Virus record (IMG/VR): IMGVR_UViG_3300037482_000251
Location: 1-37,059 of that record
Length of the DNA stretch: 37,059 nt
Origin: a virus
Taxonomy: Duplodnaviria > Caudoviricetes
Reading direction: 5' to 3' (one strand)
Shown here: positions 9,347 to 18,847 of the stretch, in pieces
Layout of the letters: every line of letters begins with the position of its first letter
How positions within the stretch are numbered: position 1 is the first letter of the stretch
Made by a program: the position numbers and the translations under genes
Notes under the pieces: model-generated
The model's input: the letters and a program-made list of their open reading frames with translations, nothing else
Databases searched by the model: none
What the model was told of the DNA's origin: nothing

Positions 9347-10252
9347 ATGTCCCTGGTCTACCGATTCCAAGCCAGCTATGCGGGCATCCCGCTCGAGGTG
9401 CTCTCCTGGCAGATGTCGCGCGGTCGCGCAGTGATCGAGCATCGGCCCGCCCGCGGCAACGGCGCGCAGCTCTCAGACCGCGGGCGCCAGCCCCGGAAAG
9501 ACTCGTGGACCGTGACGCTCACCGGCAGCGATGCCGACATCACCGCGCAGCGGGACGTGCTCCTGGAGCTCGACGGCTCGGGGGATGCGCGCATCGTGCA
9601 ACACCCGCTTGATGGCCGGTGGGCCGCGCGCCTGATGAGCTTCACCGAGAGTGCGGGCGCCGATGGTCCCAGTTACCAGCTTGAGCTGATCGAAGATGTT
9701 GAGTTTGCCGATCGGGTCATCCGCAACGATGACGTGGATGACACCACCTTGACGGATGTAACGGTGGCCGCGGGCCGCTTCGATGCCGCGCGCGATGACC
9801 TGGTCGCCGCTGCGCCTGATGTCGCTGCATCCCTGCCAGACTCGTCCCGGGCTGTGGCGCTGGCCAGCTCGTGGCGCGTGGACGCAACGCCCACGCTCGC
9901 CCCGACCCAGGCCGATGCCATCGAGTCGGATGCGGAGGAGCTGCGCGGCACGCTTGGCGCGGGACAGAAGGTCATCGACCGGCAGCGCGTGCCCGAGGCA
10001 TACGCGGCCGGCCAGCGGCTGCTCGAGCTGCGCGGCGCAGTCGAGCGCTACTCAAGGAAGCTCCAGCGCGTGAGCCCGCGATCCTTCGCGGTGGACGTGC
10101 TCGCCGATGGCCCTCTGATCTCGCTCCTGGCCAGGCTCTACGGTGGGCGGGAAGCGTCGCTCATCGAAGCGGACATCATCCGCACGAATGCCATCATCAA
10201 CCCCAACCGCCTGAAGGCCGGCACCGTGCTGCGCCTACCGGCGAGGAGCTGA
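9347..10252 (+). CDS. Mu gpN-like DNA circularization/tube initiator protein with LysM-like C-terminus
   Basis: QASYAGIPLEV...GRAVIEH...DRGR N-terminal motif; LARLYGG...IIRTNAIINPNRLKAGTVLRLP C-terminus. Confidence 0.8.
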   Translation: MSLVYRFQASYAGIPLEVLSWQMSRGRAVIEHRPARGNGAQLSDRGRQPRKDSWTVTLTGSDADITAQRDVLLELDGSGDARIVQHPLDGRWAARLMSFTESAGADGPSYQLELIEDVEFADRVIRNDDVDDTTLTDVTVAAGRFDAARDDLVAAAPDVAASLPDSSRAVALASSWRVDATPTLAPTQADAIESDAEELRGTLGAGQKVIDRQRVPEAYAAGQRLLELRGAVERYSRKLQRVSPRSFAVDVLADGPLISLLARLYGGREASLIEADIIRTNAIINPNRLKAGTVLRLPARS

Positions 10253-10256
10253 GGCC

Positions 10257-11450
10257 GTGGCCGCACCAGAGCATCAGGTGATCATCACGTGCAACGGCCG
10301 CCGGTTGCGTGAGCCCAACGAGTCGAGCATCGACCTGGACATCTTGCAGCCCGCGGATGCATTCAGCCTGACTTTTCCGCTCGACCTGCAGACCTGGGAA
10401 GCGTGCCCGCTCGATGGCGAGATTGAGATCCGTATCGATGGCACGCTTGTTTGCTCGGGCTTCATCGACTCGGTCAAGGACTCGGGCAACGGCTCGTTCA
10501 CCGTGGACGGCAGGGACCGCACCGGGCGGCTCGTCGATGAGAGCATCGACGGCACCGGGCTTGCGGTCAACGGCCGGAGCGTGGGCGACGTGGTGGCCGG
10601 AATCATCGACCCCATCTTCTCGGGCGTAACGTTCTCGAATGCCGAGAACCGGCGCCTGATGCTGGGCCGCGGCAAGAAGCCCCGCACCGGCACCGAGCCC
10701 GCGCTGCTGCTCTCCGAGCGCTTGGCCACGGTGCAGCGCATCGAGGCGGGCGTGACGAAGTGGGAAGCCATCACGAGGCTACTGCGCCCCTTGCAGCTCC
10801 TGGCGTGGGGTAGCGCCAGTGGGCGGGAGCTGGTCCTTGCCCGGCCCAACTACGAGCAAGAGCCGCTGTTCACGCTGTACGAGACCCCGAGCGGCAGCAA
10901 CGTCAAGAGCATGCAGCTCGCGCGCAGCAACATGAACCGATACAGCAAGATCGAGGTATCGGGCTCGGGCTTCCCGCCCGGCATTTCGCCGCCGCCGCGT
11001 GTGCCCACGTACCCCGGCGAGCGGGTGCCCCCCTATGTCTCGACCAACCGGATCGGCGTGGCATTCGACCAGGTCACGGATGCCCGCGACGGGGTGGGCG
11101 GTGACTTCCAGCGACAAAAGCGGCTGTTTGTACTAAGCGAGTCGCGGACGACCGAAGAGGCGCAGATCGAAGCGGACCGCATCCTTGCCCGTGGCCTTGC
11201 CCACTCGCGCACCGTGCAGGTCACCATGCCCGGGCTCGGCCAGCGGGTGGGCGGCGCGGCGGCGTACACAACCTTTGCGCCGGATGTCGTGGTGCAGCTC
11301 ATCAAGGAGATCGAAGCGGCCCCCGGTGATGACACCCCAGCCGAGATCTTGAACGCCCCGTTCTACTGCACCCGCGTGCACTTTCGCCGGTCTCGCTCGG
11401 ATGAGCAGACCGACCTTTCATTCGTGCCCCTGGGCACCTTGCTGATCTGA
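10257..11450 (+). CDS. Baseplate hub protein, Mu gpP/gp44-like
   Basis: ADAFSL, SGFID, GRDRTGRLVD and RYSKIEVSG motifs. Confidence 0.85.
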   Translation: MAAPEHQVIITCNGRRLREPNESSIDLDILQPADAFSLTFPLDLQTWEACPLDGEIEIRIDGTLVCSGFIDSVKDSGNGSFTVDGRDRTGRLVDESIDGTGLAVNGRSVGDVVAGIIDPIFSGVTFSNAENRRLMLGRGKKPRTGTEPALLLSERLATVQRIEAGVTKWEAITRLLRPLQLLAWGSASGRELVLARPNYEQEPLFTLYETPSGSNVKSMQLARSNMNRYSKIEVSGSGFPPGISPPPRVPTYPGERVPPYVSTNRIGVAFDQVTDARDGVGGDFQRQKRLFVLSESRTTEEAQIEADRILARGLAHSRTVQVTMPGLGQRVGGAAAYTTFAPDVVVQLIKEIEAAPGDDTPAEILNAPFYCTRVHFRRSRSDEQTDLSFVPLGTLLI

Positions 11451-11456
11451 GGCACC

Positions 11457-12074
11457 ATGCCCGACTATCGAAACGGCAGAGACTTTATCAGCGGCATTGC
11501 CGGCAAGGCGCGGCGAACGATCGTCGGCATGATCTCGCGGCGCTGGTTGCTGCTCACCGAGAGCACCGGGGACCGCGTGACCGCGCTTGGGCGGGAAGCG
11601 GATGATGGCTCGTTCGAGCGGGACACCATGGACATGTTCAGCCCGGTTGGCATCATCGGCAGGCCCGCGGATGATGCCGAGGTCGAGGCCGCGGTGTCGT
11701 TTATCGGTGGGGATGGTGCCCACCCAATCGCGCTCTCGTGCCTGGATGGCACCCGGCGAGCAGTGATCGACGTGGAAGGACTCGACGCGGACGAGGTCAT
11801 CGTGTACACGTCCGGCCTGGTGCTCAAGCTCACCGCAAGCGGGACCATCGAGGCGCGGGCGCTGGGCGGCGCGGCGGAGTCGCTGGCGTTCACGAGCGCT
11901 TTGCAGTCGGTCAACGATCGGATAACAGCACTCGAGAACAACTTCAGCGGGCACACGCACGGGCCGGGCAGCTACTCCAACAGCGGGGGCACCGTGGGGG
12001 GGACATCGGGCGGCGCTGCGCCATCTGAGACGAGCGCCACGGTCGAGGGCACAACCGTATTCAAGGGCGGCTGA
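11457..12074 (+). CDS. Baseplate spike protein, Mu gp45-like
   Basis: GIIGRP and GGDGAHPI motifs; C-terminal HxH metal-binding motif (GHTHG). Confidence 0.85.
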   Translation: MPDYRNGRDFISGIAGKARRTIVGMISRRWLLLTESTGDRVTALGREADDGSFERDTMDMFSPVGIIGRPADDAEVEAAVSFIGGDGAHPIALSCLDGTRRAVIDVEGLDADEVIVYTSGLVLKLTASGTIEARALGGAAESLAFTSALQSVNDRITALENNFSGHTHGPGSYSNSGGTVGGTSGGAAPSETSATVEGTTVFKGG

Positions 12075-12117
12075 CCAGGGTGTTGCACCCTGGCCCCCGA
12101 TGAAGTACAGTCGCCAC
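12075..12117 (+). promoter_or_regulatory. Sigma70-like promoter TTGCAC-N17-TACAGT with an 8-bp inverted repeat over the -35 box
   Basis: -35 at 12083-12088, -10 at 12106-12111, ATG 6 nt later; CCAGGGTG-TTG-CACCCTGG at 12075-12093. Confidence 0.6.
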
Positions 12118-12531
12118 ATGCGCATCCTACTTATATATATCGCCCTGCTCGTCCAGGGGTGCTACCTGGACATGGAGCCCACGCACGGCATTGACTCGCT
12201 CGGACACTCCGACGAGGTGGTGTCGGCCGCTCCAACCCCAGAGCCCCAGGTCGAGCCTACCCCGGCCCCCGTGGTCAAGACCAGGCTCCTCGGGATCATC
12301 ATCGGTGAGCCGCTCGATGCCGAGGAGCATCGCCGGGAGAGCTACCTGGAGCTGATGCTCGAGCTGGACGACGGCAGCCGGACGCTCGTCCCGGCCACCG
12401 CGTGCCCCATGGACGACGGCACCCCGACCGAGTGGTACCCGGGACAGCTCTCCTGCTTCCGCTTTCCGTCTGGCATGGGCTTCCTGCGCGTCTTCGGCGA
12501 CGGCGCCCCGCTCGGCTGGCAGTACATCTAA
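12118..12531 (+). CDS. Putative lipoprotein moron
   Basis: MRILLIYIALLVQGC signal with lipobox-like Cys15 and Pro-rich linker; inserted between gp45- and gp46-like genes. Confidence 0.65.
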   Translation: MRILLIYIALLVQGCYLDMEPTHGIDSLGHSDEVVSAAPTPEPQVEPTPAPVVKTRLLGIIIGEPLDAEEHRRESYLELMLELDDGSRTLVPATACPMDDGTPTEWYPGQLSCFRFPSGMGFLRVFGDGAPLGWQYI

Positions 12532-12546
12532 CCCGCCCCACCGGCC

Positions 12547-12585
12547 AAACCATCGGCCACCCATGCCCGGGCAGTATCCCGGGGC
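12547..12585 (+). promoter_or_regulatory. AAACC-N23-TATCCC motif, 39 nt before ATG 12586
   Basis: Closely similar to the 6189 copy (CCATGCCC-GGGC-GTA). Confidence 0.65.
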
Positions 12586-12930
12586 ATGGGCCTGTCTCTC
12601 CTCCTCGATCCCATCACAGGCGATGCGGTACGCGATGCAGACGGCCAGGTCGTCTACACCGACGCGCCCACGTCCGAGCTGTTTCTTGCGCTTGGTGTCC
12701 CGCTCGGCAGCTTCCCGGCTGACCCCGAGCAGGGATCCGAGCTGCCCGATGCGGTGGGCGGCGCGCAAGCCGTCACGCCGGATGTACTGATTCCCCGCGC
12801 CCGGGCTGCCCTGCAGCGCTTGGAGCGCTCCGGCCGCGTCACCGTCCGCGACATCCGCCTCGAAGGGGCGCAGATGGTCATCGACTCGGACGAGCTGGCC
12901 GCGCCGTTCTCGCTGGTCGTGAGCGACTGA
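12586..12930 (+). CDS. Baseplate wedge/sheath initiator, Mu gp46-like
   Basis: LDPITGD, GSFPADPEQGSEL and ARAALQRL motifs; precedes the J-like gene. Confidence 0.8.
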   Translation: MGLSLLLDPITGDAVRDADGQVVYTDAPTSELFLALGVPLGSFPADPEQGSELPDAVGGAQAVTPDVLIPRARAALQRLERSGRVTVRDIRLEGAQMVIDSDELAAPFSLVVSD

Positions 12931-14381
12931 TGGCGGACTTCGAGATCCCCACGGTCGAGGAGGTGCAGGAGGCGGGCATCCGCTCGCTGAATGCAGACTT
13001 CCCAGAGCTGTACACCGGCGAGGGCACCCCGGCCCGCCTGGAGACCGCCGCCACGGCGCGAATGGTGGGCGGCAACCATGCCCATATCTCCGCCACGGCG
13101 CGTAACTACAACCCGCTTACCGCGGATGAGGCCGGCCTCGCCCTGTGGGCGGAGCTGCTGGACGTGCCCCGCAAAGTCGCGACGATCGCGGCTCGCTCCG
13201 GTGCACTGGAAATCTCCGGCACTCCCGGCTCAATCGTCCCCGCGGGAACGCAGCTCGTCCACCGCACGGGGCAGACCTTCGAGATCGCCACCACCGCCAC
13301 GCTCTCGGCCGGCGGCCTCGCGCTGGCGGACGTGGAATCCATCTCGACCGGGCCCAATGCCCGGCTCATCGCCGGTGAGGCGTTGCGCTTCCAGGCTGCG
13401 CCCGCGGGCGTGAACCAGTCGGCCCGGCTCGTGCTGCCGCTCACCACTGGCGGCGAGCCCATCGAGCCGCTCGGCGTGTGGCGCGCGCGCGTGGTCCAGC
13501 GCTACCGGCAGCCCGACCAGGGCGGCAACCTGATCGACTATCAGGCATGGACGCTGGAAGCGTCGAGCGCTGTGCGCAACGCCTACGTCTACCCGGCCAA
13601 GCCCAGCCGCGGATCGGTGGCGGTGGCTGGCCTGCGCGAGGGCGAGGGCTCCGAGCGCGTGCTCAACTCGACCGAGCGCACGACGGTGCTCGACTACCTG
13701 AACACCCTGCGCCCCGTGACCGATATCGTCACGGTGCTGGAGACGGTGCCCCGCAAGGTGCACGTGGACGTTCAAGCATCCGTGCTGCCCTCTGGTGCGT
13801 TCGACTGGGACGACACGAGCGGCTACACCGTGGCCGCCTGGGACGCTGGCACGTCGCAGCTCACGTTTGATCCTGGCGTCCCCGCGGGGCTGTCTCCGGG
13901 CAACCTGCTCACCATCTCCAGCGCGGATCCCGATGCTAGCGGGGCGGATGGATTTCCCGCGGTTGTCTCGACGATCGTCTCTGCAACCGTCGTCACCCTG
14001 GCCCCGTACCTGGATCGCTCGCAGCCGTTGAGCTGGACGCCCACCGCGGGCGATGACATCTACGCATCGAGCACCACGGCATACGCCATCCGCACGGCCA
14101 TCACGGACGGTTACACGGTGGGCTGTGGGAGCGCGCAGGGGGAGACGTTCATCCCCGGCATCAACCAGCTCGGGCCCGCCAACCCGCTCCGTGCATATGG
14201 CACCTGGGAATCCGATGTCACCCGGGCCAGGCTACAGGCCGCGGTGCTCTCGAATCCGGCATCGGTAGAGGTCACTGTGGCTGCGCCGGTGAGCGATGCG
14301 CTGGCAGTCGAGTATGCATTTCCAGATACCCACCTGGTCGAGCTGCTCACCCCTGGCCAAATCGTTGTGAGGCGCGCATGA
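12930..14381 (+). CDS. Baseplate J-like wedge protein, Mu gp47-like
   Basis: PLTADEAGLALWAE, GTPGSIVPAGT and QGGNLIDYQAWTLE motifs. Confidence 0.9.
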   Translation: MADFEIPTVEEVQEAGIRSLNADFPELYTGEGTPARLETAATARMVGGNHAHISATARNYNPLTADEAGLALWAELLDVPRKVATIAARSGALEISGTPGSIVPAGTQLVHRTGQTFEIATTATLSAGGLALADVESISTGPNARLIAGEALRFQAAPAGVNQSARLVLPLTTGGEPIEPLGVWRARVVQRYRQPDQGGNLIDYQAWTLEASSAVRNAYVYPAKPSRGSVAVAGLREGEGSERVLNSTERTTVLDYLNTLRPVTDIVTVLETVPRKVHVDVQASVLPSGAFDWDDTSGYTVAAWDAGTSQLTFDPGVPAGLSPGNLLTISSADPDASGADGFPAVVSTIVSATVVTLAPYLDRSQPLSWTPTAGDDIYASSTTAYAIRTAITDGYTVGCGSAQGETFIPGINQLGPANPLRAYGTWESDVTRARLQAAVLSNPASVEVTVAAPVSDALAVEYAFPDTHLVELLTPGQIVVRRA

Positions 14382-17300
14382 CCATGATCGTCTTCGACCG
14401 CGAGCCCGAGGGTACGCCTTACGACCGCACCCTGACGCTCACCGAGTGGCGGCTTGTGGGCGGGGCTGCCTACCCCACGACGCAAACCGGACTGCGCGCG
14501 CCGGCACGGACATTCGACGGCACCGCGGCGTACGAGGCCACGGACGAGGCCGGCGCGTTGGTTGGCGTTCGAGCAATCACCGTGCGTGCCCTGGTGCGCC
14601 CCGACTTCGTGGCCGGCGCTGGGCTGTCTCTCACCCTCGCGTCACGCGGCCAGGGCGGCCCGTTGGCGGCCGAGTCGCGAGCCTGGCAGCTTCGGCTCTC
14701 CGTTGCTGTGGATGCCCTGAGCGCTGATGTGCAGTGGGTCTGGCAGGACGAGACGGGAACCCCGGTGGTCTACAGCCTTGGAACCATCCCGCCTCTTGCC
14801 GCGGATGCCTGGATGTGGATCTCCGCCACGCGCGAAACCGTGGGCGGGACGAGCTACATGCGGCTATCCGTCAACGGCGTGGACTTCGCCGAAGTCACGG
14901 CCACCGACCAGATACCGGCCACGCCAGGGCAGCCCGTGCTCCTGGGCGCGCGCAAAACGGCGGCGAGCTGGGATCAATTCTTCATCGGCGACATGGAACA
15001 GGCCGAGGTGCTCGCCCACGCCGTGACACCGCTGCAGGAGCGACACCGAGCGCTGGAGATCCTGGAGCTGCCAGACACCGCGCTCGACACCGTGCGGGCG
15101 CACTGGTTCCAAGAGCCGGTGAAGCTCTACGAGAGCGTGTATGCGGACTACCGGCTAAAGCCCATCGCGGCCATGCAGGCCACGGTGGATGCATCGCTGC
15201 TGCGCAGGCAAGAGGCGCTCTTGCCGCCCGCGGCATACGCCGAGCAGCTTGTAGGCTGGGAGCTCGCCCTGGGGCTCGACCCGACGACCCCGCTCACCCT
15301 GGCCGAGCGCCAGGCGCGCGCCGCGAGCGCTATCACCCTGGCCGATGGCATCGGTGCCGAGTCGCTCCTGGCCTACGCACGGCGCGTGCTGGCCGATCCG
15401 ACCACCACGCTGATCGAGAAGACCAACGATGTGCAGGTGACGCTCTCGCACACCATCGCCAGCTCGAGCACGGTCATTGCTCCGGCGTTCGAGCAAAGCG
15501 CATCTTTCGTGTTTGCCCCGGGCTCGACCTTGGATGCGGATGGTGACTTCATCGTAGAGGGGGACCCGTTCGAGTCCTCCGGCCCCACCGCGGGGACCGG
15601 CCGCATCCACATCGTGAAGCGGGATCCCGTCACGAACACATACGCGCTCGACGCCAATATCGAGAATCCTGCCCCGGTCCTGGATGACAACTACGGGTTC
15701 AGCGTGGCCATCTCCGGTGATACCGTGGTTGTGGGGACTCCTCGCAAAGAGGATGGCGCCAAGACGGACGCGGGCTCGGTCTACGTGCTGCGCTACGACG
15801 GCGCGGCATGGAACCAGGAGGCGCAACTCTTCGCCGGGAACTCGGGCGCTTCGGACCGCTTCGGCGACAAGGTAGACATCGACGGTGATGTCCTCGTGGT
15901 CGGCGCCCCCGGCGAGGACGGCAGCGGCACGGGCATTGATCCGGCAGACGACAACCTGGCGAGCGGCGCGGGCGCCGTGTACGTCTTCCGCCGCACCGGA
16001 ACAAGCTGGGCACAGGAAGCCTACGTCAAGGCAAGCAACACCGGCAACGGCGATGGCTTCGGCGGCGCGGTGTCTGTCTCGGGCGACGTTATGGCCGTGG
16101 GCGCCAAGCTCGAGGGCGGCAGCGGGACGGGCATCAACCCGGCGAGCGACAACCTCGCGGCCAATGCCGGCGCCGTGTACGTCTTCCGTCATGACGGCGT
16201 AGCCTGGGCCCAGGAGGCTTACATCAAGGCCAGCAACACCGGGGCTGGGGATCAGTTCGGCGGCGCGGTGGACCTGCACGCAAATACCCTGGTTGTGGGC
16301 GCCGCGAACGAGGCAAGCAACGCCACAGGCATCGACGGCAACCAGGCCGACAACAGCGCTGTAGGCGCAGGCGCGGTCTACGTTTTCCGCCACGACGGCG
16401 CAGCCTGGGCCCAGGAAGCCTACGTCAAGGCAAGCAACACCGCGAGCACCGACAATTTCGGCGCGTCCGTGCGCCTTCGCGGCGACTGGCTCGTGGCCGG
16501 CGCGCCGAGTGAAGACAGCGGCATCGCCGGCAACCAAGCGGATAACAGCGCCAGCAACGCCGGCGCCGCATACCTGTTCACGCGCGATGGCGTGACGTGG
16601 GCGCAACAGGCTTACCTCAAACCAGCCACGCCGATCGGTGCGGAAAATTTCGGCGTGGCATCCGCCCTGGACGACCACGGCCATGTCGCGGTGGGCTCCA
16701 ATAACGGCGCCGCGTGGTACCTGCTCGATGGATGCCCGCATGCGATGGCTGGGGTCCAGACCATCGAGAAGCTGCGCGCCAGTGCGGTCGAGGGAAACAT
16801 CACCACCGAGTGGGACGGATCGGCGCTCGCCGTCAAGCCAGCGTGCCCGGTTGGCGATCTGCGACTGTCCCCGGGCAGTGATCGCGGCGGCATCGCCGAC
16901 TGGGGCAGCAGCGGCGCGCTGTACATCGACGCGACGATCGAGATTGTCACCGGGGCATCGACCGCCGGCGCGGGCCTGATCATGCGTAACCCGCTCGAGG
17001 CGTTGATGATCTTCCCCTACCAGGACGGCGCAGACTACAAGATCCGCGTGGTCCGGTGGGACCGCGGATCGTTTGGCATCAGCTCGGAGTCATCGGCCGA
17101 CGTGCTCACCATGCCCGCCAGCGCCACGTCCACGTGGCAGTGGGTCATCGACGCCAGCACGGTCGGAGCGTGGACCCTAAAGGCTGTGGGCGATGCAGAC
17201 GAGGTGTCAGCAACGCTGCCGATCCAGCTCGATGCGGCAGCCACATCGACGGGCCTGGCCACCTACGGCCCCGAGTCGGGCGGCGACCCAGAGATCAAGA

Positions 17301-17509
17301 TCCACGCGGCGCGCTACCTCTGGCCTGATTGGCCGGTGGCGTCCTGGACGGCATACGCGCCGGCCAGCACGGTGCAGGCCGACGTGGGCGCGGACCTGCT
17401 CGCCAGGCGCACCCGGGCCAGCGCGCGCGCGGGCTACTCACGGATCGATCGTCTGCTCGCCGATGACCCTGATGCCTGGTTCGACTACACCCCGACCGCG
17501 GCGCTGTAA
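14378..17509 (+). CDS. Mu gp48-like wedge protein with LamG-like domain and FG-GAP repeat beta-propeller
   Basis: LSVNG...VLLGA...FFIGDMEQ (LamG-like); LVGWELALGL...TLAERQARA (gp48/DUF2313-like); repeated D-x-FG...VGA...GAVYVF...WAQEAYVKASNT blades. Confidence 0.8.
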   Translation: MTMIVFDREPEGTPYDRTLTLTEWRLVGGAAYPTTQTGLRAPARTFDGTAAYEATDEAGALVGVRAITVRALVRPDFVAGAGLSLTLASRGQGGPLAAESRAWQLRLSVAVDALSADVQWVWQDETGTPVVYSLGTIPPLAADAWMWISATRETVGGTSYMRLSVNGVDFAEVTATDQIPATPGQPVLLGARKTAASWDQFFIGDMEQAEVLAHAVTPLQERHRALEILELPDTALDTVRAHWFQEPVKLYESVYADYRLKPIAAMQATVDASLLRRQEALLPPAAYAEQLVGWELALGLDPTTPLTLAERQARAASAITLADGIGAESLLAYARRVLADPTTTLIEKTNDVQVTLSHTIASSSTVIAPAFEQSASFVFAPGSTLDADGDFIVEGDPFESSGPTAGTGRIHIVKRDPVTNTYALDANIENPAPVLDDNYGFSVAISGDTVVVGTPRKEDGAKTDAGSVYVLRYDGAAWNQEAQLFAGNSGASDRFGDKVDIDGDVLVVGAPGEDGSGTGIDPADDNLASGAGAVYVFRRTGTSWAQEAYVKASNTGNGDGFGGAVSVSGDVMAVGAKLEGGSGTGINPASDNLAANAGAVYVFRHDGVAWAQEAYIKASNTGAGDQFGGAVDLHANTLVVGAANEASNATGIDGNQADNSAVGAGAVYVFRHDGAAWAQEAYVKASNTASTDNFGASVRLRGDWLVAGAPSEDSGIAGNQADNSASNAGAAYLFTRDGVTWAQQAYLKPATPIGAENFGVASALDDHGHVAVGSNNGAAWYLLDGCPHAMAGVQTIEKLRASAVEGNITTEWDGSALAVKPACPVGDLRLSPGSDRGGIADWGSSGALYIDATIEIVTGASTAGAGLIMRNPLEALMIFPYQDGADYKIRVVRWDRGSFGISSESSADVLTMPASATSTWQWVIDASTVGAWTLKAVGDADEVSATLPIQLDAAATSTGLATYGPESGGDPEIKIHAARYLWPDWPVASWTAYAPASTVQADVGADLLARRTRASARAGYSRIDRLLADDPDAWFDYTPTAAL
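16006..16442 (+). repeat. Intragenic FG-GAP blade repeats
   Basis: 16006-16043 and 16405-16442 match at 37 of 38 nt; a third diverged copy starts near 16205. Confidence 0.85.
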
Positions 17510-17552
17510 CCCGCTCTCCGGGCACGAATGCCACTAATAAGGAGTAGCCCCC

Positions 17553-18074
17553 ATGAGCTTGCCATATACCCGTGAAGAGGACGTTGCCCCCGGCGGCGAG
17601 GTTACCTCACAGCTTGCTAACAAGATCCAGGATGCGATCATCCTCAACCGTACCGACCTGGAAGGCTTGAGCGGCGTGTGGACGCCAGAGGTCCGCATCG
17701 GAGCAGTGGGAAACGCGCCGATCACACTCACAGCATCATTTGCGGAGTACACGATACACGACTTGATGGGCGTCCTATTCGGCTACGTCACGTTTAGCAA
17801 CACGACAGCAGGGACAGTGTTCATTACTGGCCTTCCGGTCGCGCCGAGCAACCGCATAAATCAGATCGGCGGCTCGGGCACGCTCAAGAATTTGGCAGCG
17901 TGGACCGCTGCTAACTTCGAGGTTCCCTGGACGTGCGAAGCGGACGACGCCGGAGACGGGAACATCCGCCTCTACAATCGCGAGACCGGCGCGTATCTGT
18001 CCAACAACACGGATGCCGGCTCTAAGACCATCATTTTTCACGCCGTGTTTTCTCGACAGAACATCGTCGTCTGA
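17553..18074 (+). CDS. Short tail fibre-like protein
   Basis: AAGGAG RBS; fibre position after gp48-like gene; GVWTP...ITGLPVAP resembles fibre C-terminal domains. Confidence 0.55.
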   Translation: MSLPYTREEDVAPGGEVTSQLANKIQDAIILNRTDLEGLSGVWTPEVRIGAVGNAPITLTASFAEYTIHDLMGVLFGYVTFSNTTAGTVFITGLPVAPSNRINQIGGSGTLKNLAAWTAANFEVPWTCEADDAGDGNIRLYNRETGAYLSNNTDAGSKTIIFHAVFSRQNIVV

Positions 18075-18080
18075 GGTTGT

Positions 18081-18479
18081 ATGCCCATCCACGATAGCGC
18101 CAAACACAGAGCGTCGCACCCACTGCCCGACATCGACCGAGCGCAGGTGAGGGTCACTCTCGTTCCCTGGCTCAAGTGGGCTATCGGCCTAACGATTGGT
18201 GCCGCGGCCATGGCATGGGGTGCGAGCGAAAAGCTCGCGACCTACGCCGACCGGGGCGAGACGCGGGCCATGATCGGCGAGGCGCTCATCTCACCGGCAA
18301 ACCCGTACGCGCACGACGCGCCCGCCGTGCGCCGCATCCTGGGCAGATACGACGAAGATCAGCAGAAAAACGCGGATGCGCTGAAGAAGATCACAGAGCT
18401 GCAAACCGACATCATGCTCGAGCTGCGGGTGCAGCGAGAGGTGGATACTCGGCTCAAGAAGAAGGATCGATCACGATGA
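18081..18479 (+). CDS. Hypothetical membrane protein (one TM segment plus coiled coil)
   Basis: LVPWLKWAIGLTIGAAAMAWGA hydrophobic stretch; GAGGT RBS. Confidence 0.6.
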   Translation: MPIHDSAKHRASHPLPDIDRAQVRVTLVPWLKWAIGLTIGAAAMAWGASEKLATYADRGETRAMIGEALISPANPYAHDAPAVRRILGRYDEDQQKNADALKKITELQTDIMLELRVQREVDTRLKKKDRSR

Positions 18480-18847
18480 GAGATAATAACTGCATCCGCG
18501 CCCCGCTTGCCCTCGTCGATGAAGGCGCCACCCTGGCCGCGCCCACGCTGGCTACCGATGGGCGCGAGGTACCCACGACCACGGGCGGCTACCGGCCCCG
18601 CCGGTTGGTGCTCGCCTTCGAGTCCGAGGATCCCGGTTGCACTATCACCGCGCCGGTGCTCGTGCACGGCTACAGCGAGGAGCGCTGGCGCTCGCTGGGT
18701 GTCCTCAACGATGGCGCAGCCATCAACGCAACGGAGGGACTGGAGATCGAAATCGTCTGGAACGGCTGCGACCGGATCTCGGTATCGTCGGCCGGTGTCG
18801 CGGGTGGAACCGCAACCGTGAAGGTCGCTGCAGTCGAGGTGCTTTGA
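18476..18847 (+). CDS. Hypothetical beta-rich protein, possibly a virion component
   Basis: ATGA coupling to upstream gene; 123 aa. Confidence 0.6.
   Translation: MRDNNCIRAPLALVDEGATLAAPTLATDGREVPTTTGGYRPRRLVLAFESEDPGCTITAPVLVHGYSEERWRSLGVLNDGAAINATEGLEIEIVWNGCDRISVSSAGVAGGTATVKVAAVEVL

Noticed and set aside
16006-16442. Diversity-generating retroelement TR/VR pair
   Set aside because: Repeats are in-frame propeller blades within one gene, and no reverse transcriptase is encoded in this complete genome.
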